NCBI GenBank assembly: GCA_950097015.1
Contig: CATNEN010000039.1
Location: forward strand, 13,454,001 to 13,518,000
Direction: 5' to 3'
Source: Macrostomum hystrix
Taxonomy: Eukaryota; Animalia; Platyhelminthes
DNA: 64,000 nt
Positions 25,030 to 36,163 of this stretch are shown in pieces; within the stretch, counting starts at the first letter, position 1, and each line of letters begins with the position of its first letter. A model generated the notes under the pieces. It was not told the DNA's origin and did no database searches. It saw only the letters and a list, made by a program, of their open reading frames with translations. The position numbers and the translations under genes were made by a program.

Positions 25030-25785
25030 TCACATAGCTCGTATGTACTTGAGGCTATTTCCACATTGAACATCGTCGAAACCCGTCGTGTGCGCATCAG
25101 CTACATTCGCGCAGCCCTGCTTGGGCAGGCCATCGTTCGGCCTGCCCGGCTCCCAGACGTCAGTGCGGATGCTCGCGTTGCAAGCGTCCCAGATCCAGCC
25201 CTCCGTCTTGCTCGGCGACCCCGGGATCTGGTGGCCACCGAGGAACAGGCTCACGACTGGTGCATTGGACACGTTCTTGATCCACATCAGATGGCGCGAC
25301 TCATCGATGTCCAGAGCGTCAGCGAACTTTGTCAGTCCGGCCTCCTGACTGCACTTGTCGAGGGCGTCGGTCCAGTTGAGAGCAGGCGAGGACGACACCT
25401 TGTAGGAGGTGCCGAATCGAGCGAACGCGTATCCGGGTGGACACAGGCTACCCGCCGACACACCGGCCACAGATCTCACATACACGGTCACCTTGTTGGT
25501 GCAGTTGACCTCCGACTGCACTCGGTGGCTGCACCGATCGAACAGGAACAGCTTGCAGAGACATGCGCCTCCGGGCAGTGTGAAGGCCATGCACTTCGGT
25601 GTGTCGGCGCACTTGAGGCTGCAGGACAGCGGATCGCATGAGCCCGACACGAGCTTCGTGAAGTCGGCGCTCACGCAGTCAGCGCCAAGGATCTCAGTAA
25701 ATGATGATCTTGGAGATGTACAGATGGTCGCAGCTGCGGCACTTAGGCAAAGCACCAGAAAGCATTGAATAATTCGCTTGTACAT
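25030..25785 (-). CDS. Secreted PAN-like/C-type lectin, copy 3, C-terminally frameshifted (possible pseudogene)
   Basis: Homologous ATG at 25785; a 7-bp insertion at ~25035-25043 changes KYICECLSVF* to KYIRAM*. Confidence 0.75.
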   Translation of the reverse strand: MYKRIIQCFLVLCLSAAAATICTSPRSSFTEILGADCVSADFTKLVSGSCDPLSCSLKCADTPKCMAFTLPGGACLCKLFLFDRCSHRVQSEVNCTNKVTVYVRSVAGVSAGSLCPPGYAFARFGTSYKVSSSPALNWTDALDKCSQEAGLTKFADALDIDESRHLMWIKNVSNAPVVSLFLGGHQIPGSPSKTEGWIWDACNASIRTDVWEPGRPNDGLPKQGCANVADAHTTGFDDVQCGNSLKYIRAM

Positions 25786-27151
25786 CAGTCTGGATGAGAG
25801 CTCGGTAAACCTGAACGGTTTGTTAAGTTGCAAAGTATCATTCAATAAAATTTATGCTTGGCTTCAAAGAATTTTTTTTTTATTTTAGGGCCATTGAATG
25901 CCAGATTACTAGAAGTTGCAAAAACATGATTTTATGTGAAATTCGCTGGCACTTACATGTCATGCTGCTTTGACATGGTTTAGTTGTCTTCTTTTCAAAG
26001 TAGACACAAACTCGGTGGGTCCAAAAGAGGCTTTAAATTTTTGTCGCAGTTCTCACCAATCCTGTTTGTACTAACAACAGGTTCTCTTTATGTTTTCTGA
26101 CTTTGTTTCTGGCTATACTTGCGGGCAGGCACGGTTTTTCTTCGTCTCTCAGAATGCCGGCTAGTCGTCAATTGTTTATCGCTTCAATTTGAAAGCCTTG
26201 CAAAAGAGAACCCACTGAAGTGCTTCACAGACTATTCTTTTCAACAAGTGTTGAGAAAGATTTTTGGTGTTTCCTTGCTAAGTGAACAATTGAGAAACTC
26301 TCTTGGCTGAAAAAAGCTTGTGGTTCTTCCTCAGTCTACGCTGCAGCTCCTTGAATTCCAAAGCTTCCTTGCGTTGTTTATTTATTCAACGTATGGTTTC
26401 CCAGTAACGAATTCATTCACACGAAAAGCGAAGAAGCTATGATAGTGTTCTTCCACTTATGCATAATAAAATGACCCTGAATGGGCGCATTCAGAGACAG
26501 AAAACGAAGCCATTATGCCTCGGGTCGCTAACTAAGCATTTTACTTCTGATTCCCTGTGTCGCATTGTTTATTCTTCCCAGTTTTTTCTCCCTCTGTCTC
26601 GCTTTGCATATTTCTCTCCCGCAGCTTATTTAACTCGGGTCTCTTTTTGTTGAATAATTTCCTATAGCTGGGTAGTTTTGACTGCTTTGTAAACGATTGG
26701 ATTTGTCTCAAGGTAGGAGTTTTTTACGGCGAAATCGGAACAAGACGCTGAGCTAGCCAGCTTGCCGGCCGTTTCTCCACCCCAATTTACTCATCATGAC
26801 CTCGAAATCTAGCCGCTATATGGCGACGCTCTCGCGAACTATCTGAGGAAGTGTGCAATGTTTTGTTTTCGTTTGAGAAGTCGCATGAAGATAAAAAAAG
26901 ACACATTCCTGAAATTTTCCAGCCGAGGAGTTAAGTCAGGCATCTTTTTTATTTTTAAGCTTCCATCCGAATTCGTCTCAAAGACGAATAGAATAGGGTT
27001 TCATTGCTTCGGAAAACATAATTGTTTGCTTTAGCATTTTTAAGAAGAAATTAGGTGCATAATTAATATTTTAAGGGTGCGTAGTAAGTAAAGTTGAGAG
27101 AAAACATCATAAGAAATTAAGTTCTTTGGTGACAGAGAGCGGTTACGTCGA

Positions 27152-30100
27152 TCAGAGGACTAGCCGGTTCTCCTGCAGGCTGGTAACTCCGGCGTATTCG
27201 CCAGCCTCCGCGGCTACTTCGGCGCGCGCCTGACAGGCGATCTTGCAGTCCATGAGGCGTAGCAGGTCGGACCACATCTTCACCTGCTTCATGGCCGGCT
27301 GCTGGCTGTCGCGCACAGCTTTTTGCTTTTCTCGTAACGATTTGCCAATGTTCTCCTGGCGAAATCGGGTTTAGAAATTGTTGCAAATCGTTCATCAACC
27401 ATGCGTCTCACCTTCGTTGTTCCAGCCAAGGACAACTTAAGAGCACAGCACGTTACAATCGCTAATTTTGACAAAAATCGAAAAGGCTCTTAAGGCTCTT
27501 AAAGGCAATTAAAGTGTTCATAAGTTGTCCTTGGTTTTAGCTCGCAACATCCAGTTCTTACTAGCTGTCACTACGCTCGTATGTCAAGTTTCCTGTCTTC
27601 TCTCTGATTGGCTCACGCTAAACACTGTTATCACCTTCCTGCCTTCTTGTTTAAACCTCCAGTTTTTTCACTCTCTTGCCAAGCCCTTCTGAGTAGGTAT
27701 CGGATTTCTGATCGAGAGGTCGGTCGATCGGTCGATATATCGATATATATAAAAACATTTTATAGACTCTTTTCTTAATATGCCCTGCTCCAATAGGATG
27801 AGCAATGGGCCACCAAGGGCGCTCCTCAAGTCCATGTCAGATTTTTGCTCAGAAAGTGATAAAAACTGCCCTACTCTAATCTTGTCCTTTTGCTTTTAGT
27901 TGTTGCGGCCCTTAAAAGGGCCGTTTTGAGTTTTTATGTTTGCATACGCGTGAGGGTTGTGAGTCAGGAGAAAAAGAAATACGCTACTAAATACGTCCCT
28001 CGCAGTTCACACGACCTAAAGGTGGGCTTTAAGGGCACAACCTACCTGGTCGGCAATCTTCTTCTTAAACACATCTCTCAGTGTTGGCTTCTTCTTATCG
28101 TTGGGATCATTCGACTTGTAGGCGCGCAGCTCGTCCTGCACCCTCTGATGCTGGGTTTCGATAATCTCTAGCATGCCCTTCATGTAGGCGTATCGGGACT
28201 CCTCGGCCTGGCATTCCTCTCGGAGGGCCTTGACCTCCTGCTCCAGCTTCATGCGCTTCTCCTCAACGCCTGCCGACTGGCGTTCATAGTTGGCCTTCTT
28301 ATCGTCGTATTCGGTTTGTAGTTTCTGGCCAAGAAAGAATGGTTGGAAATTGATGATGAAATAGTGAAATCATGTAAAAGTGATTATCTGGCTGTGCAAC
28401 CAGTTGATTGGCTAGCTGTGCAACCAGTTGATTGGCTAGCTGTGCAACCAGTTGATTGGCTAGCTGTGCAACCAGTTGATTGGCTAGCTGTGCAACCAGT
28501 TGATTGGCTAGCTGTGCAACCAGTTGATTGGCTAGCTGTGCAACCAGTTGATTGGCTAGCTGTGCAACCAGTTGATTATCTAGCTGTGCAACCAGTTGAT
28601 TGGCTAGCTGTGCAACCAGTTGATTGGCTAGCTGTGCAACCAGTTGATTGGCTAGCTGTGCAACCAGTTGATTGGCTAGCTGTGCAACCAGTTGATTGGC
28701 TAGCTGTGCAACCAGTTGATTGGCTAGCTGTGCAACCAGTTGATTGGCTAGCTGTGCAACCAGTTGATTGGCTAGCTGTGCAACCAGTTGATTGGCTAGC
28801 TGTGCAACCAGTTGATTATCTAGCTGTGCAACCAGTTGATTGGCTAGCTGTGCAACCAGTTGATTGGCTAGCTGTGCAACCAGTTGATTGGCTAGCTGTG
28901 CAACCAGTTGATTGGCTAGCTGTGCAACCAGTTGATTGGCTAGCTGTGCAACCAGTTGATTGGCTAGCTGTGCAACCAGTTGATTGGCTAGCTGTGCAAC
29001 CAGTTGATTGACACACCTTGGCCTCCTCCCGAAGTGGACGCAGCTCCCGAATCAGTGGTGCCAGCTCGTTCTTTTTCTCGTTGACTCGCTTATTGAGCTC
29101 GGCAATGATCCGGCTCATATCCTCCAGAGTGTCGCCTTTCTTTTGGTTTAGCTGAGTCATCATCTTGCTGACCTTCTCCAGCTGCTCCTGGGTGTCGGAG
29201 TAGCCGCTGACTCCGGCCCTCTTTTCTGCCTGGCTAATCTGGCGCTTCACCGCCTCCTCCTTCTGCCGCAGAATCTCCAAGGTTCGAGTAAGGATGCCGT
29301 TCTCAGCAATGAGCTCGTTCATCAAGCGCTTTTTCTCCTTGTACACAGTACTTTTTGTGCGCAGCTTCGCTACGTAGTCGCGGAACTATAATATGGACAG
29401 CAGTTATATATGATTAGCTGTATTGATTGATTACACCTGCCCCAATCAGGTCACATATTCTGCCAACAGCACACACACTATAGGGACGCCACGCCAACAC
29501 TAAATTACCCCTGCTGATGCTGGTTTCCATGTAGTCTTGATAAAAGCACGAATTGCTCCAATAAAGTGAGTAATCGAACCCTCGACCTTTAAGACGCAAG
29601 TCCGATCCTCAAAACTCAAGACATTGCAAAAAATGCGATTTTCTACTAATAGTAGTTCAAACTACTAATAGTAGTTCAAGGCAAATATAACATTTTTTCA
29701 GGAAATCACGCAGGAAAAAAGCATGCGCTCACCTGCGCCTCCTTGAGAACCTCCTCCCCCGCGCCCTGCTGGCCACGGTTGGCCTCCAGAGCAGCCCGGC
29801 GTCCCTGCAGCTCCTCCTCGGCTCGTTGAAGCTCTTCGCGAGCCTCGCGCAGCGCCTCAGCGGCTGCGGCCTTCTTGCGGCTGACGATGCTGGCCTGCTG
29901 GCGAAACAGCGACGCCTTGTCGTCGCGCACGTCGCCTGCCATCATCTTCTTCTCGATCAGCTGATTGATCTCCGCATTTACGTCGCGCATCTATTTCGGT
30001 GGTGGCGTGATATTCAAGCTTAATGTTCATTCATGGGGGCACGCCACTGGGAGGCACGACTATACCACGGGGAGGTCGCCACTACCAGGGGGGCGCCACT

Positions 30101-31969
30101 ACCAGGGGGCGCCACTACCAGGGGGCGCCACTACCAGGGGGCGCCACTACCAGGGGGCGCCACTACCAGGGGCGCCACTACCAGGGGGGACGCCACTACT
30201 AGGGGGACACCACTACCAGGGGGCGCCACTACCAGGGGGACACCACTACCAGGGGGGGCGTTACATTGATTTGGGGGGCCACGGCCGCCCCCCCTTGATC
30301 CCCCTGGATCACTGAATTTCCAGTGTTGTCTAAATCATTAGCATCTCAATGGGCGCACCTTAGCCCGGTACTGCTCCAGGTCCGCCTGTCCCATGGCGGG
30401 CTCCGAGGCGATCTTTTGTAGGTCGGCCACCTGCCGTTTCTCGGCAGCGATATCAGCGGGCAGCTTCTCCGTGACCATGTACCTGTTGATCTTCTTCTCT
30501 TCTTCTAGGCGGGCAATCAGGCCGTCAGCCGTGGATCCGGCGGCCGCCTGCCGCATGTCCTTCACCTGCTGGTTGAGCCGCTGGGCTCGACTGTGGCAGC
30601 TTTGGATCTGCAAGTCGGAAAGCGATTTGTAAGCAGGGTAAAGTGGCGAAGTGGTGTTTAACGGCATCGTTAACTGATGTAAGTAAGTACATCGATCATT
30701 GATGTACTGTGCTCATTTACTCGTAAAACAGGATTCAGTTTGAACAAAAAAACATGAATAAAAAGGTGCCCATGGGAGTGTGACTGGCAGAGCGGTTTAC
30801 GCGTTCGCCTCTCGCACCAAGGTCCCTGAGCTCGATTCCGCGGCGTGGTCACATTAAATTGGGCGGAACCGCAAAAAGAAGGCTTGGGGTCTTGTCGTGC
30901 AATTTTCGCCCTTGAGGGCCAACATCCAAGGCACAGTAAGAGTGTACACTGCCTGACGATGAGAAAGTCAGGGCAGATGTACTCCGCTGTGCTCAGGACA
31001 CAGCGAAATGGGCAGAATTGCCTCGTGTCAGTGTCACCAAATTATGTATCATTGTCCGCAGCCCTAGTGCAATTATTATAATTTAAGGGGCCCATGGAAA
31101 TTCTCTTGAACTGACCACTGTGCGCTGGTCGCTGATCTGCCTAGCAATCTTGGCTTCTCGCTCCTTCTCTAGCCGCAGACGCTGGGCCAGCTGGAGCATG
31201 GAGGCCGAGTTCGGGAAGCTCTGCACGCGCTTCTTGGTCCGGTCAACTCGGCGAACCAGCTGCTCCTTCTCGTCCTGCATGGCTTTGATGTCCTTCTTGA
31301 TGTCGCCAGTTGGGAGGCTGGCCGCGCGAGCCACTTCAACGCCTTTGTGAACCTGCTTGAACTCCTCAATGTGCTCCTCGTATTGCATGTAGAGATTCTC
31401 GACTTCCTCGTCCTGAGCGATCTCGGCTGGGATGTTGATCTTAACAAGGAAGCGAGCGAGATATGCGCGCTTCTTCAGTTCCGGTCTTTTTTGCAGCAGC
31501 CACTCCAGAATGGGATAAACCGTGGTCTTGTTGCCCTGCACCAGGCCCAGCTTAAAGGTCTCACTAGAAATTGAGTTTGAAAAGTTAGCATTTTTTGATT
31601 GTTTACAATTTTGTAACGCTAAAACAACAACGAAAGAACTTACAAATGGCTCGGGTCGCTGGGTGGTTTGAAGCGAAATATTCTAAGAGCGTCGATAATT
31701 CGCGCGAACGTCTGATCAGCGCTCTCATTCCGAATGTCCATTTCGTGCTAAAAGCATTTCGAAGTCACACATTTGAGCCATTACACTAAGATTATTATAA
31801 GATGCATGTAAATACTCGTACTTACTCGTTCATCTATCTCAGCGATAACATCATTGAGGATTTGAAGCAGCTGAATAGGCTCGAGGGAATCGCACGTTAT
31901 TAAATTTAAACTCTTATTGAATGGCACTTTATTTAGCTCCTGTACGATGTACTTGAGATTATCTGTCAT
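27152..31969 (-). CDS. IFT81: Intraflagellar transport protein 81, 8 exons, ~684 aa
   Basis: Exons 31969-31826, 31747-31644, 31563-31116, 30607-30359, 29990-29733, 29385-29017, 28324-28046, 27355-27152, all GT-AG and in phase. N-terminus [38 protein letters not shown]; [14 protein letters not shown]; C-terminus [12 protein letters not shown]...[10 protein letters not shown]...ENRLVL*. Confidence 0.95.
27907..27922 (-). other. Histone-mRNA-type 3' stem-loop in the last IFT81 intron
   Basis: Minus strand reads AAAAC-GGCCCT-TTTA-AGGGCC-GCAACAA (6-bp stem, 4-nt loop), followed by purine-rich AAAAGCAAAAGGACAAGA. Confidence 0.6.
28385..29011. repeat. 24-bp minisatellite (GCTGTGCAACCAGTTGATTGGCTA), IFT81 intron 6
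   Basis: About 26 nearly identical copies, starting ~5 nt inside the donor site at 29016. Confidence 0.95.
29420..29610 (-). mobile_element. tRNA-derived SINE, family B (internally deleted)
   Basis: GATTACACCTGCCCCAAT and GGGACGCCAC...AATTACCCC shared with 48760-48990; B-box GGTTCGATT on the minus strand. Confidence 0.6.
30075..30256. repeat. 17-bp G-rich minisatellite (GGGGGCGCCACTACCAG), IFT81 intron 4
   Basis: Tandem array within GC-rich flanks that may be a MITE remnant. Confidence 0.9.
30774..31080 (+). mobile_element. tRNA-derived SINE, family A (best-preserved head)
   Basis: A-box TGGCAGAGCGG, B-box GCTCGATTCC, core CTGCCTGACGATGAGAAAGTCAGGGCAG, ATT tail; lies in IFT81 intron 3. Confidence 0.8.
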
Positions 31970-34480
31970 TGTGGCTGGAATTGCAAGTTAGAAGATTTTA
32001 TAGTTGATCTAAAAACACATTTTACAAAAAAGCAGCTAGTAAAAAATTAAAATGTGTGTGAATTGTCAAGGTGTATTGATCTAGCCAAATTATTAATAAC
32101 AAGTATATGATTGCTTGTGATTTTTACTAGAAACTGTTCAGTTCAGATCGACTGTGTAAGAGAACAATAAATACTTTTATCCTTATGCTTTTTTCTGCGC
32201 ATAAACTGACTTGAGTATATAGAATGAATGTAACTATTTGCCTAATATAATTTACTAAACTATACTTCCTTGAAAAGCACTTGTTAATTTTTAGGAAATC
32301 AGTTAAAGCAATCGGACTGTGTGAGTTAATAGACAATTTTAAAGGGCTAAAAAGTTTTAGTTTTAATCCAACATTACAACATTAAAACATTATATTATAT
32401 AAATATATAATATATTAAATATTACAAATATTATAACATGAAGGCCGGCATGTTGTAATGTTAACATTCTTGTTAGTACTTTTAGCATGGATATATAAAA
32501 ATAAATATATGCTTAATTTGTAAGTCAAGGAAAAAGCAATATTCTTAAATCTTCTTATCTTCTTTCCTGCACGATTTTTTCCATTGTTGTTATTTCAGAC
32601 AATTAACATTGTTATAGTGACAAGTGTCAAGCGTAGGTCTATATCACATAGGGTAGAGTCTATTGTATAGTTAATGTTTGCTGTGAAAAAAAGAACAAAA
32701 AAGTATGTTAGCTCAACACGAATATTCCTCCTCTAAGCTTTGATTTCTTATATTGAGAACTTGAATGCGCATACTGTTTTTTTATATGATTGACTAAATG
32801 CCGGATGAAACACAGTGCTAGAAGTTTAAGATTGCGGTGCAGAAATGCATTTTCCTCGGCTTTGAAAAAGTTTAGTTACCTAAAAATGATGGAGCTACTG
32901 ACAAATTAAAAATTAAAGAATGCTATTCATAAATACTTTAAGCGTAGTAAAAGTTAAAGTCAAACTAATTTTACAGTTGTTTATTAACATTTTTACTCAC
33001 TAAAAGGCTAAGAAATGTATAACTTGTGAAGTTTCACTAATAGTTTGTTTTAAAATAATTTTTCTAAACATCGTTGACAATTTTAAAATCTGCGTTGCGC
33101 TACCTTTTTGGAGCACGATAAATAATATAGACCTATCAATCACTTGTTTCTTATATTTAAATTTGATGCTCAGGTTAGTAGCTAAAATGATCTAGTTACT
33201 CAAATATTATTCTAACTTACTTTTTATTTTAAGCTAAATTCAATATGAAAAGCACTGCTTCATGTATGCATGGTAATGTTTTATTGCTTATGTAACTGTT
33301 GCTTATGCAACAGTTGCACCTGAACTGCCATCATCCCACAGTGCTAATAACTTATCGCAATCGGGCTATACTATATATTTTCTGCCTATGCCCTGTGCGG
33401 AGGTGAGGTTTTAACAATAGGCTATGCATCTGTGTGCTTAGAATTGTATTGACACATTTAGAAAAAGTTTGACACATTGCAGACCTTAAATGGCTTAATT
33501 AGAGTTGCATTTTGTCAAAAAATGTTTTTGTTAGTAGACTTCAATCAGAACTTTACTTATGCCTTTTTTATGTAATATGTATTCATATTCAGTATAGCTA
33601 GGCCTTAGCTGATTGGTGTAAAATGAAAATATTTTTCTTGTGAAAGTTGTGCTTTGGGCTTAAGAATAAAATAAATTGCTACTATATGCTTTTACTTATA
33701 TCTTTAGTTAGGTACATTTTTGTTCATGTGTAAGCCATGAATATATTTGTTGTAGGGATCTTTTATAATTTTAATTCTAATTTTTTGCTACAATTATTGC
33801 ACTTTTGTGTAGGGTAATGTATCATCAACCAAACAAGAATGTGTATTTTTTTAACTTCAAACCTAAGCTACAGATTTTCTATTTAAGATATGATGATAAA
33901 TCAAAAGCCAAGTTATAGAAAACAGTTACATCTTTCTAAAAAGTATCTGCTTTTGCTATTTTGACAAATAGAAAAAATGTTATTCCTGCTTTTTATCTAA
34001 AACCGAACAATGATTTTCATGTATCTTCAAACCAAACAGCGAATTTGATGTTTGGTTTTACTATTTGAGTGAGTGGTTTAATCTTATTTTGAAGGAGTGA
34101 TCTATCATGAATTATGTCATTTGAAAGCATTTTTCATGCTCTATAAATAACTACATTTTGGTCATTTAATTGGCAAGCAACCGCATGCAATCTTCGTCTA
34201 AAGTACATACTGAAAAAATGTTGTTAAAAAGTATGCTTTTGCAATAAAAATTTCTACTGAAACATCAATATCTTTTTTTCCTCTTAATGCTTCATTGCAC
34301 ATCATGCCTCAGCTTGTAGATAATTTCTTCAACTTTCAAATTAGTTGTTCTGTGAAACACAATAGCTTGTTTCTGTCTTGCACGAGACCAAGGAAGGAGT
34401 CAAAATTCTTGTTCGGTTTTGAAGATACACTGTTCGGTTGATGATACATTACCCTATAATATTAATATTATTAATACAAG

Positions 34481-35143
34481 TGTGACAATTCTTGAAATAA
34501 CCAAGTCTGGCGATGATAACTCTGCGATTCCAAGTTAGTTCACACAGAGTAGAATTCGGTGTAGCGGTAGCACTTAATCTTTATTTGCGAACACTGAGGC
34601 ACACAACAAGCAGTGGATTAATATAAGTCAGGTGCAGGAGCTCAAAAGTACAAAGGGTGATGACATGCTAAGGTAATGATAATAAGAGCGGCGCGAAGGC
34701 GAATTGAGAGAATGGCAGCAAGGTGTGGCAGACAGAAACTGGTGGCACTACACAGTGTTAAACAGGAACAGTAGCACCAGGTAGGCTAGGACAAGGAGGA
34801 CTGGTGGCGAGAGAGGGTGGGGCGCGGGCGGGCCTAAAGCCCTTAGTTAAATTAACTAGATAGACTGTAAAACAGGGCAATTGATAACTCTCAGAAACAG
34901 TCCCAGCTAATGAGCATGCAAGCCCACTGGACAGGGTAGAATAGCTTGAGACATTAGTAGAAAATAAGCTAGGGCAGCGCGGTGTGCATCCACGTCTACT
35001 TACAGTAGCGCACACAGAATAATAATTAATTATATAAACTGGATAAATTGAAGGTAGCAAAAAGATATTATTTAAATGGCCCAAGTTATTACATATTTAG
35101 GAATTCATAGGTTACAATTCACAGTGACAGTGACAATGTCACA
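34481..35143 (-). mobile_element. Solo LTR (663 bp) with 4-bp TSD
   Basis: TGTGACA...TGTCACA inverted termini (TG..CA); CAAG duplicated at 34477-34480 and 35144-35147; more GC-rich than its flanks; AATAAA on the minus strand near 34580. Confidence 0.8.
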
Positions 35144-36163
35144 CAAGTATCATATCACTCTATTGAAGCTAAATATATCTTATTTTTTTAGTGTCAAGTT
35201 GTAACATAATTCTCAGTTATTAACTGATAACTGATATATAAGTAATTCATATATATATATATAAGTCTGTACAATGCACTGGTTTAAGACTTTATTAACA
35301 CATATATTTTTTGTACTAAGCTTAATACTAATAGTCGTGAATCTCATTCCCAATTACAATTTTACCAATGAATTCAGAGAGTATTTGCCAGCCATATACA
35401 GTATTAATAACTCATAATTTCTCACCCTATATAGTCTGGTATATTCAACAATACCCTTTACAGAACTTTTTATTTAGATTCAACCTTTGAATTTAATGTC
35501 ATTGCAAATTTCCATGCTTTGTAATTATACTCACAATTTCTAGGCCTAGCTTGTAGCATTAATCAAATTTACTAAGAAAAACTTGTAGTTGCTATGGTTG
35601 AGTTCCGATGAACCAATATAGACAAGTATTGGTTAACCAGATGTAAAAAACTGTGTATTCAGTTAATCTTGTCTTTAGATATTGGTTGGTTAATATTGTC
35701 ACTTTAATGATTTTGTATGTATTCTGATTTGATGTTTTTAAACAATTTATTAAGATCACATTACTCTCTACATTTAAGATCTAAACTCTAACAAAGTAAA
35801 TGAAACAATAAGTGCTATCTGAACACAGAAATTTTGTACGAATCTGTATAGGTATAAAAAAAATTTACAGTAAAAAATATGTATAGGTGTGATACATTTG
35901 ATACATCATATTTTCCATTTGACTACATAATTCCAGTTCACACAAAATTATCTGGAGATTTGTGTTATTTAAAAATGCTAAATTTTTCGTGCCATGCTTG
36001 CTGGCATTAATGAGAGCTTGTTGGTGTGTCCACGCCAAACTACTTGCTGCTCTATGTTAGTAGACAGTGTAGTGTGCCGATTAATTAAAACAAATTTATT
36101 TGATAAAAAGTTAAAATAGTAAATCTACTAAGACAAGATAAAGGCGCCAGGCCTGGTTAGACA

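Noticed and set aside
25786-25845. 20-aa N-terminal extension of lectin copy 3 in the ORF track
   Set aside because: It starts at a non-ATG codon; the paralogues start at the ATG equivalent to 25785, directly before the signal peptide.
28385-29011. CRISPR-like regular repeats here and elsewhere
   Set aside because: Head-to-tail repeats without unique spacers, no cas genes, eukaryotic context.
30774-30850. tRNA gene
   Set aside because: A and B boxes are present, but there is no complete cloverleaf and the sequence continues into a dispersed SINE body.
32000-34470. AT-rich intergenic stretch searched for hidden exons or ncRNA
   Set aside because: No ORF, repeat or structure that I could support.
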